Part shown: one piece after another, positions 7,433 to 15,508 of the stretch
Layout of the letters: every line of letters begins with the position of its first letter
Position numbering within the stretch: the stretch's first letter is position 1
Source of the DNA: a virus
IMG/VR virus record: IMGVR_UViG_3300045988_138147
DNA: 64,000 nt
Strand: one strand, 5' to 3'
The notes under the pieces: generated by a model
Told to the model about the DNA's origin: nothing
Database searches by the model: none
Seen by the model: only the letters and a program-made list of their open reading frames with translations
Made by a program: the position numbers and the translations under genes

Positions 7433-7825
7433 CTAAGAAGCCAATACAAAAGTTCTAAAATCTCCCCACTCTCCGTTCAAACAACGTCTGAAACCAGCAA
7501 CATCAGCTCCCAAGCGGAATGCCATTTGAATTACATATCCTTGTCCATCGTTAAAAACTATCATTATGGAATAATTGAGAACAACACTAATTCCATTATT
7601 TCCGGTCACATGATACATTCCGCTTGCAGTTGCACTATTTACCTCTTCGTCTGTGGTCAATTTACGTTGTGGCATGAAAGGGTACAGATTCAAACTAGTG
7701 AAAAGTCCCCCCAGGATTGTAGCTAATTGCTGTTTTGTAACTTTTGCCACGTCATTTCCTTTTACAACCAACGCATAATCAAAGTCCGTCAACTGCGATA
7801 CTTCATTTAATTTTTTATCTGCCAT
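7433..7825 (-). CDS. small tail-fibre / receptor-binding protein: constant N-terminus (aa 1-41) plus the currently expressed variable C-terminus
   Basis: N-terminal MADKKLNEVSQLTDFDYALVVKGNDVAKVTKQQLATILGGL resembles fibre anchor motifs. The LGGL codons are the inverted copy of the 11-mer core. Confidence 0.7.
   Translation of the reverse strand: MADKKLNEVSQLTDFDYALVVKGNDVAKVTKQQLATILGGLFTSLNLYPFMPQRKLTTDEEVNSATASGMYHVTGNNGISVVLNYSIMIVFNDGQGYVIQMAFRLGADVAGFRRCLNGEWGDFRTFVLAS
7704..7714 (-). repeat. recombination-site candidate D (CTGGGGGGACT on the minus strand) inside the expressed gene
   Basis: Plus strand AGTCCCCCCAG; encodes L38-G-G-L41. Confidence 0.75.
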
Positions 7826-7838
7826 AATCGTATTTTTT

Positions 7839-8483
7839 TTAATTATTTATTACTGCTTGATTTTCTACCACTTGAACATAGCCACCCGAAACAAGATTTT
7901 CCAAATCGAATGCCATGCCTATTCCACTGTCACGGATACAGAGATAAAGGACTTCCTTATCGGTGTAATACTTGCCTTCTTCTAGCACCATGTTATGTGC
8001 CCAAGGTATAGGATCATCCAGTGTGCCGGAGTGCTCTATCTGCACAACCTTGTACAAGGATTCCGTACCCGTTCCCGGCTTCCAGTCCTCCTGCGGTGTA
8101 TGTTTCTGTATAACCTCATAGAGCGTGCTGCCATAGCGGAAGCGGAACTGCACATCAACTTCCGTACCCATCAGATCCTCCCATGCCGGAAAATAGTCTT
8201 TCTTCGACAATGCTTCTTCTGTAGTAAGCCCGGCATTGTTGATATTCGCTGAGATATCATTGAGCAGCGTATCCACACGGTCAAGTGCTTCAACGTCTAT
8301 AGCCGCCACATCAATAAATGATGCTTCGACAATCATCTGCTCCTTCTGCTTCGATGTGATCTCTTTCCACACGGCCACATCCTCAGGGCTGTTTATCAAT
8401 ACCTGATTTTCAAATCTTCGTTCCGACAGAGGCATATCCTCAACCTGTGTCAGATAACAATCATAACCTGCTTGTAATATCAT
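7839..8483 (-). CDS. phage structural/accessory protein of the fibre module
   Basis: 214-aa ORF tightly packed between fibre genes; Trp/Tyr-rich C-terminal half. Confidence 0.45.
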   Translation of the reverse strand: MILQAGYDCYLTQVEDMPLSERRFENQVLINSPEDVAVWKEITSKQKEQMIVEASFIDVAAIDVEALDRVDTLLNDISANINNAGLTTEEALSKKDYFPAWEDLMGTEVDVQFRFRYGSTLYEVIQKHTPQEDWKPGTGTESLYKVVQIEHSGTLDDPIPWAHNMVLEEGKYYTDKEVLYLCIRDSGIGMAFDLENLVSGGYVQVVENQAVINN

Positions 8484-8488
8484 ATCTT

Positions 8489-11400
8489 TTACTCAATTAA
8501 ATCCATACGTGTTATATACCAATGGTTGTTAAAGGCCTTCATCTCCAAAACATAAGGCCTTGCCATCTGAATTTCTGTCTTATTGTTATATGATCCCGCC
8601 AGTCCGCAGAAATAGTTCGTAGCCTTGTACTTGTCCGGATTCTTAGCCACCCTTGATGTCATGTCTACTACAAACTCCAGTTTCAATCCGTTCCATGATG
8701 ATGCGGGAGGAAGGGTTATGGTTCCGCCAAGACCATCAGCAGAAAAGAATGTAGATCCCTGAGTGGAAGGATTCACAGTCATGTTACCTTCCGAATCAGC
8801 CAGATTATCCATATCGCTTCCCGGTGAATAGAAGAGAGTGGCGGTGATTATACCTGTCACATTTGCCTTCGTGGAAACAAATTCACCCAGTTCATTCACC
8901 CGGTACGGAGCACTGCCCGGAACACCACCGCCAGCCCATATCCTTACAGGTGTCGTACCGGCTTCCTTGCTGCTTCCTCCTGTAAGACCGGCTACAACAT
9001 TGTTATTTGAGTCCTTTATTATCAGTTCATTGCCTTGGACGAAATCAAGACTGGCGTTCTTGGCAATAATAAGACTGGTATAGATAGGACCAACATTACT
9101 TAATTCCGTCCAGTAGGTAGTGTTGGTATAGGTTATAGAAGACGAAGATGTATGTGTTTTAATACACTTATAAACATCCCATCCGTCCACCACACTATTG
9201 TTTCTCACCATTACGATATCAATATACCGCGTGCCGCTTGTAAGGGCTTCGTCATTTCTGTACGTTACCCCGGTTGTCCATTCGGAATCCCGTATGATAC
9301 AGCCCTGTATTCCTTGTACGCCCTGATCTCCCTTATCTCCTTTGTCCCCCTTTTCACCATCATCACCCTTGTCGCCTTTTTCTCCGGTATCGCCCTTCTC
9401 AGCCCATACGTCATATTCGGCTGTATTCACTTCACCCGTCAAGCAGTATCCGCCATCGCTGAACGTGAACCGGTTGCCGGCATTATCCGTCCAACACCAC
9501 AAGGGAGGATTCGTAGTGGATGCCTTGGCTACATAAGAGCCACCACCCATCGAAACGACACCCATCTTGGGAACGACCATTCCGGTCTTGAACTGCCCCA
9601 TTTGGGTGTAACCCTGTCCATCCACGCCATCCTGAATCATCGGCACGCTCTCTATATCAACCAATACACCTTTCGCATCATAGAATGAAAATATGATTTT
9701 GGAAGAAATGGATGAAGAAGGAATAGAGGCACCATTACTGGTACTGATTTCAGAACCGTTATCTATGGCGTATTTCAAGGTTCCATCCGTAGTGACTTCC
9801 GAAACACCGCCAACTGTTTTCATCCTCGTTGCAGAAATCCCGGAAACGGAATACGTACCGTCTTTCTTCTTCACAATATTGCTCGCCGAAGTGACCAGAC
9901 TATACAATACCGCATTCTTACCGCCACGTACACCGGCAAGCGTGAACTTGAGTACACGTGACTGTTCCACACCGTCAGCCATAGCCTTCACGGTAATTGA
10001 TATCTCAGTACGGTCAGCAAGAGCCGTTCCTTTCGCTACAGATAATGTAATATCACCCGTAGACAAGTCATAAGAGGATGTTACACCTGTCACGCTCTGC
10101 ACGGATATGGAGGAAAGGGAAAGCTTTGTTGCTCCGTTCCACATGGATGCTGTTGTCGTAATTGACACCTCATCCACAGTTTTCCCATTTTCGTCCAATG
10201 CAGCATTATCCATCTGGTTATCCAAGTCGGCACTGATCGCATTGAACGAATGGTTAGCCCACGGTTCGGGAGTAGAGAAAGCACCCCATATACCGTCCTT
10301 CTTCGTTCTTTTGCTTACCCATTCATAGGGTATGCTTGCCGACACGCCTACAGGATCATCATTCCAGCCGGAAGGCACATAATCGTCAGTCTGTGATGTT
10401 TCCGGAGTGGAAGGTCTTGTATTCGTCGTGGTGTTCGTGAAGATAAACTCATGATCTTTCGCATCCCTTCCGTCTTTTCCGCTTTGGACAAGAAGTTCAT
10501 ATTCATCGGTATTTATCTCTCCTGTAAGACAATAACCGCCATCGCTGAACGTAAACCGGTTGCCGGCATTGTCCGTCCAGCACCATAAGGGAGGATTTGT
10601 AGTGGCTACCTTGGAAAGGAATGAACTTCCTCCCATTGTAACGATACTCATTTTGGGAACAACCAAGCCGGAATACCACGGACCGCTATTGGTCACGCTC
10701 ACACCGTCCTTTCCCGGTGCTCCCGGTGTTCCCGTATCACCTTTAGACGCAATTTCCAGCCAGTCGCCATTAGATCCCGGTACAGAGGACGAACCATCCT
10801 CATTGATACACGCCCACATGCTTCCGTTATAAGACAAGCTGTCGTAGTAATCGTAATGTACGCCAGGTATATAGCCTTCCTCACGGAAATTCAAAGTCTG
10901 CACAGGTGTTCCATCCGGCTTTATCTGCTTGATGATACCTGTCATATATATATTATTCAGATACATGGAATAACCGTCCATGTTCAGTCCGAATATATTC
11001 AGATTGGAAAGGTCGCCATATTGTAGGGCAACATTGGCGGCGGAGATCTCCCATGTATTCTGTTTCCACAACATACGGGTGTAAGTCCTTGTTTCGTAGA
11101 CTGAGGTCTGGCGCTCCGTATTAGTGAAACTGCCGTATGCCACGAAAGTCATCATCTCAAAAGGATCGAAAGAAGAAGACCACGATGAAGAAGTGGGGCG
11201 CAACTGGTACTTGAATGTTTCGTTTCTTTCACCTGTAACTTCCGTAACCGTGAAATAGACTGTACAGAATCCGGCAAAACGTCTGTTGCCCTTTCCATCG
11301 TCGTAATCCTCCGTAGCGTTCCCGGTGATGTTATGATAGATACCCATACAGATATCTCCTACTGCGACAGCACCAATCTCACCATCTTCCAGCTTAAGTG

Positions 11401-12073
11401 TACATGTCTTGGTCCCTGTATCTACCGTTTCTATAATGCCGGCTCCGGGCGCACGCCACTTGTCGCCCAGCGTGACCATCACACGATTGTATCTTAATTC
11501 GGGAACTTCGAGAAACCGGCGGATAAACATGCTCTCAAACTCCCCATGCCCTGTATCGAATATCTTGGCTCCGAATCCGGTTAAGCCGCTTGCAAAACCA
11601 TTCTTTCCGAAAACAGCACCGGCAAACATACTGAGAAGAAATTTAGTGGAATCCGCCACGTCCTTCCGCAAGAATATCTCTTTCAGCTTCTCCGCACTGT
11701 TCTCTATCTCAGTCATTACACGCAACGCGCTCATCACATCTTCATCGGTGTAGGTGATATCTTCGTCACCCTGCTTTACGATGCGGTTTATCAGGTTTCC
11801 TGCTATCTTAAGCCCCTTAAGGTAATTAATGATCCCTTGCGCATCATCATCGTTCAATGCGGATAAGAACCAGTTTTGTACAGGTGTGTCCTCATCCAGC
11901 GTATATGCGGAATTGGCATGATCGGCATTGGTGACATCACCGCCGCCACCACTGCCGCCACCGCCGTTCTGCTTTATCTCTTCAACCTCAATGGAGATCT
12001 TGCTAAAGTTGCTGTTGATGCGGTCTGCCGTTTCGCTCCAAGTTCCTGTTTTGTTTATTGTATTAAGCTCCAT
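8489..12073 (-). CDS. large tail-fibre protein with collagen-like G-X-Y run and duplicated internal domain
   Basis: GDTGEKGDKGDDGEKGDKGDKGDQGVQGIQG; GGGGSGGGG linker; two copies of ...TTNPPLWCWTDNAGNRFTFSDGGYCLTGE...; start taken at MELNTINKTG (12073). Confidence 0.8.
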   Translation of the reverse strand: MELNTINKTGTWSETADRINSNFSKISIEVEEIKQNGGGGSGGGGDVTNADHANSAYTLDEDTPVQNWFLSALNDDDAQGIINYLKGLKIAGNLINRIVKQGDEDITYTDEDVMSALRVMTEIENSAEKLKEIFLRKDVADSTKFLLSMFAGAVFGKNGFASGLTGFGAKIFDTGHGEFESMFIRRFLEVPELRYNRVMVTLGDKWRAPGAGIIETVDTGTKTCTLKLEDGEIGAVAVGDICMGIYHNITGNATEDYDDGKGNRRFAGFCTVYFTVTEVTGERNETFKYQLRPTSSSWSSSFDPFEMMTFVAYGSFTNTERQTSVYETRTYTRMLWKQNTWEISAANVALQYGDLSNLNIFGLNMDGYSMYLNNIYMTGIIKQIKPDGTPVQTLNFREEGYIPGVHYDYYDSLSYNGSMWACINEDGSSSVPGSNGDWLEIASKGDTGTPGAPGKDGVSVTNSGPWYSGLVVPKMSIVTMGGSSFLSKVATTNPPLWCWTDNAGNRFTFSDGGYCLTGEINTDEYELLVQSGKDGRDAKDHEFIFTNTTTNTRPSTPETSQTDDYVPSGWNDDPVGVSASIPYEWVSKRTKKDGIWGAFSTPEPWANHSFNAISADLDNQMDNAALDENGKTVDEVSITTTASMWNGATKLSLSSISVQSVTGVTSSYDLSTGDITLSVAKGTALADRTEISITVKAMADGVEQSRVLKFTLAGVRGGKNAVLYSLVTSASNIVKKKDGTYSVSGISATRMKTVGGVSEVTTDGTLKYAIDNGSEISTSNGASIPSSSISSKIIFSFYDAKGVLVDIESVPMIQDGVDGQGYTQMGQFKTGMVVPKMGVVSMGGGSYVAKASTTNPPLWCWTDNAGNRFTFSDGGYCLTGEVNTAEYDVWAEKGDTGEKGDKGDDGEKGDKGDKGDQGVQGIQGCIIRDSEWTTGVTYRNDEALTSGTRYIDIVMVRNNSVVDGWDVYKCIKTHTSSSSITYTNTTYWTELSNVGPIYTSLIIAKNASLDFVQGNELIIKDSNNNVVAGLTGGSSKEAGTTPVRIWAGGGVPGSAPYRVNELGEFVSTKANVTGIITATLFYSPGSDMDNLADSEGNMTVNPSTQGSTFFSADGLGGTITLPPASSWNGLKLEFVVDMTSRVAKNPDKYKATNYFCGLAGSYNNKTEIQMARPYVLEMKAFNNHWYITRMDLIE

Positions 12074-12206
12074 ATATTCTGTTCTACTTTTACCATTCCG
12101 CATCCGGATGTACTTCTACGGACAGATGGTTCATTATTCTGATGATTAATTCTCGTATCATAAATATATGTTTTGAGTGTTACTGATAACTTTCCGGGTT
12201 ACTCTA

Positions 12207-14624
12207 TTACATCGAAGCAATTCCCTCAACCGATATGGTCACATTCTCCATTATATTCTTCACTGTATAAATATCAAGTCCGGGAGCTGATAAAGTGCTG
12301 TCTTTGGCAACAGAGCTTCCATTAGCCTTTACGCTAGCCGAGTTACCATCGTATCCCTCCTGTATGGTCAGCTTTACACTAAACTCCCCACCTTCAGAAA
12401 CGGGAGACACGCTGTTATTATATGCTTCAAGCTGATAGCCGTTTCCCTGCTGCATTGTAACAGTATATGTACGTGTGGAAGCCGCCATAGCCTCAATGTC
12501 TGCGACAGGAGTCATTTCCATCATTCGGGCAATTATTTCACGGGCGATCCTTTCATAGTAAGGTATGCCTCCGTGTGTCGGGTCAATGATGGTATTATCA
12601 GTATAATGGCTGTAAAACCAAGTCTTGTTCATATCATTGATACCGGTCTGCAATTTGGATTCAACGTATTTGATCCCCCACAGATTCAGAACCTTGATCA
12701 TGTCAGCGGAAATATTGTTTACCGCGGTAGAAGTTTCACACACGTGAGGAGGTAAGACAAACAGGATATTGATGTTACGTGCGACAGGCACCTGATTAAT
12801 TCCGGTGTAATTCACCTCATCATAGTATCCTTTCACTTTCATATATCTGTAGTATAATTTGGACAAGAGCACATTGATCGCTCCGCAAAGTGTGTTTGTA
12901 TCATGGTTTGACATGGAGATATCTCCCAATGTGTAGCCGCCTCTGTCGTTGGTTCCTCCTGCGACATTTATCAATACTGCATCTTCTGCGAGAGCATTGA
13001 TACGGATATCCTGCCAGAAAGCATTACCATTTGAGCCGCTGATACGCGTTCCTCCGATTCCGTGCCATTGTGACATCGTACCTAACATCCGGTCTATAAA
13101 AAACTGGTATCCGGGATTCTGAGAGATGCTGTCCCCCAATGTATCAGTAATCTTGCCGGTCCACCATGTTCTGATATCCCAGTTACGGACTATCCGGTAA
13201 AGATACAGATAGTCAGTCGGCACAGTCTGTTTCACATGACTGATATACGGTGTCCTGTCTCCACCTCCGCCCAGTTTTACCATCAAATCACCTGTCTTGT
13301 TATTAATGTGGAACTCAAACCGTATCTTAGAGGTTCCTTTACGGGCTGCGAACATAAGATAAGGGGAACTACCACCTTGTGTGTTCAGTTCCCGTTTCGG
13401 AATATATGTACCATCATCTGTATAACAATATATATGTCCTGATGTAACACCCTGAACGGAAATGACTCCTTCTGATGGACAGTCTATAAAATCCGTGATA
13501 CGGTATGAGGGATTGGATACAACCGCACCGGTTGACGCGTCAAGATACGCATTGGTCAGATTGCCGTTAAACAGATTGTATGTTTTTGTTTCAGCGAGTG
13601 ACAGGCTCTCACCCATCTTCTCCCACTGTGCATTCTTTCTGCCATAAATACGGTCATCCACTGGCGCTTCTTCCACCGCATTGATTTCTTTCAGCAGATC
13701 GGGATTTTTAATCCAATACTCCGCAGAATTGGAAGGGGAGTCGTTGGTCACAACCAAAGAGGACACATTACTGGTTATAATCATGTTGACCTCTTCCATG
13801 TTTGCTATATCCACATAATCCGCAATCTGGAAATAGGATGCCGGAAGTCCCATGCCCGTCTGCGTCTTGAACGAACCGGTGGTTATTATAGCACCCTTAT
13901 AATCCAGAATAAAAAATGTCACGCTATAATATTGGTTTGCCCAAATTTTATCGGTATTCTTTACCTTAAATATCGGATAAATGGCCCATCCATCAGAATT
14001 CTGCATATAGCCGGTAGCGCCTTTTATAAACCGCACATTCAGTAGTGCGTTTTCCATATCAAGCATGGAATTTCCTCTCACTCTATAATCACTCAGAACA
14101 TTGACCGGAAGATCGTACTCCTTGTTCCAGTAATTGACAAGGTTCTCAAGAAATATTTTACCACCATTCTTGGCAAAACACATTGAAACCTTGTTATACA
14201 CGAGTTTGGTATTCAGAGTGAATGAGTACGTTCCAATTCCTGTATTATAACTGAAGCCTCCTGTATCATCATCTATATATGCCAACGCCGTAGGGGTGTT
14301 ACCCGTATTCTTCAAAATATCCTTGAATAGAATAAACGCCGGACTGTCCTCCCTACTGACCTCAATACAAAGATAATCACTGTCATTTACATATTCTTTT
14401 GTTCCGGCAATAATCTTGACGTTATCTCTTATCACAATCTTGTCGTACAACGTTGTGGAATTATCAACAAGTTTCATCACATAATTAGAAAGGGAGTCAT
14501 TTGGAGCTAATTCAGCTAGTTCCATAGCCAGACTCTTTCGTGTATTGGAGTTGACCACCGCATCATAGATGGTAGCCGGGAATATGGTTTGTCCACCCTT
14601 GGTCAGTTTATGCATTTTTACCAT
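12207..14624 (-). CDS. tail-associated protein with SGNH/GDSL-type esterase domain
   Basis: Ordered blocks GDSIS, GGTND and DPTHGG in the C-terminal half; 805 aa in the fibre module. Confidence 0.65.
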   Translation of the reverse strand: MVKMHKLTKGGQTIFPATIYDAVVNSNTRKSLAMELAELAPNDSLSNYVMKLVDNSTTLYDKIVIRDNVKIIAGTKEYVNDSDYLCIEVSREDSPAFILFKDILKNTGNTPTALAYIDDDTGGFSYNTGIGTYSFTLNTKLVYNKVSMCFAKNGGKIFLENLVNYWNKEYDLPVNVLSDYRVRGNSMLDMENALLNVRFIKGATGYMQNSDGWAIYPIFKVKNTDKIWANQYYSVTFFILDYKGAIITTGSFKTQTGMGLPASYFQIADYVDIANMEEVNMIITSNVSSLVVTNDSPSNSAEYWIKNPDLLKEINAVEEAPVDDRIYGRKNAQWEKMGESLSLAETKTYNLFNGNLTNAYLDASTGAVVSNPSYRITDFIDCPSEGVISVQGVTSGHIYCYTDDGTYIPKRELNTQGGSSPYLMFAARKGTSKIRFEFHINNKTGDLMVKLGGGGDRTPYISHVKQTVPTDYLYLYRIVRNWDIRTWWTGKITDTLGDSISQNPGYQFFIDRMLGTMSQWHGIGGTRISGSNGNAFWQDIRINALAEDAVLINVAGGTNDRGGYTLGDISMSNHDTNTLCGAINVLLSKLYYRYMKVKGYYDEVNYTGINQVPVARNINILFVLPPHVCETSTAVNNISADMIKVLNLWGIKYVESKLQTGINDMNKTWFYSHYTDNTIIDPTHGGIPYYERIAREIIARMMEMTPVADIEAMAASTRTYTVTMQQGNGYQLEAYNNSVSPVSEGGEFSVKLTIQEGYDGNSASVKANGSSVAKDSTLSAPGLDIYTVKNIMENVTISVEGIASM

Positions 14625-14707
14625 AATATCTCCTGTTATTAGCCTAAGTTCCGGGGGAACTTAAGCTATTATTATTTTATGTAACTATTTATTTAACTAT
14701 TAAATCA

Positions 14708-15163
14708 TTATTTCTCTTCCGGTGGCAGAGGAGGTACAAAATCACTCAGCACATCATCATACTCCCTCTCTGACAGAGGGACGCTCTGCACCGCATTGTA
14801 TGCGGCATAATCCGGATAGGACATGATCTCCGCCGTGCTCTCATCCGTCTTTCCGGCAACGAGGATAACACCTGTATTCTCCACCGATACAAGATTGCAG
14901 ATGCCATCGGCAAAATCAGCATCGGAAAGATAGTATTCGCGTTTGACCGACAGAGCACCGGGACGTAGTCCATGCCTGTCAAAAATGACCAACAGACCAC
15001 CATCATCAAGCCTGCGGCAGTTCTTGTACCCGTGCCCGTCAAACTCCGCAACGACACACCCCGACAGGACTGTGCGGTAAGTAAATCGGAAGGGAGTATT
15101 TATATCTCCATTCAGGCTCTTCTCTATGATTTTAAAATCGGACTGATAATTAATTCTTATCAT
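14708..15163 (-). CDS. phage structural protein (151 aa)
   Basis: ORF in the tail module, no motif recognised. Confidence 0.45.
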   Translation of the reverse strand: MIRINYQSDFKIIEKSLNGDINTPFRFTYRTVLSGCVVAEFDGHGYKNCRRLDDGGLLVIFDRHGLRPGALSVKREYYLSDADFADGICNLVSVENTGVILVAGKTDESTAEIMSYPDYAAYNAVQSVPLSEREYDDVLSDFVPPLPPEEK

Positions 15164-15168
15164 AACTC

Positions 15169-15507
15169 TTATAATATTGATGTTACATCGTTTATCTCCT
15201 CGGCTGTCAGGTATCCGTTCAAGTCAACACTTCCGCCACCTCCTGTCGTGCCTGTAGGACTCCATTTCCCCTTTATCTTGCATTCATATATAGGGCCCGG
15301 TATGGTATCCCCCACAATAGCCCAGTCACCCACAACAGGAGATGGAACAGCCTCTTCCAGCAATTTAAGACTAGAGAACAAGCCTTTGTTGCGGATGCCG
15401 TTCTGCTTGACCTTCTCCACTTCGGCGGACGTCTTGCTAAAGTTGTTGTTAAGACGGTCTGCCGCTTCGCTCCAAGTTCCCGTTTTGTTAATACTATTCA
15501 GTTCCAT
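15169..15507 (-). CDS. short fibre-like protein sharing the N-terminal module of the 1194-aa fibre
   Basis: MELNSINKTGTWSEAADRLNNNFSKTSAEVEKVKQNG versus MELNTINKTGTWSETADRINSNFSKISIEVEEIKQNG. Confidence 0.55.
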   Translation of the reverse strand: MELNSINKTGTWSEAADRLNNNFSKTSAEVEKVKQNGIRNKGLFSSLKLLEEAVPSPVVGDWAIVGDTIPGPIYECKIKGKWSPTGTTGGGGSVDLNGYLTAEEINDVTSIL

Positions 15508-15508
15508 A

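Noticed and set aside
9425-10720. Diversity-generating retroelement (template/variable repeat) in the large fibre
   Set aside because: There is no reverse transcriptase ORF in the window. The differences between the two copies are mixed transitions and transversions, not adenine-specific.
14645-14663. 8-bp palindrome taagttcc-ggg-ggaactta between tail genes as a recombination site
   Set aside because: It is a single copy with no partner elsewhere in the window. It is more likely an intercistronic RNA hairpin.
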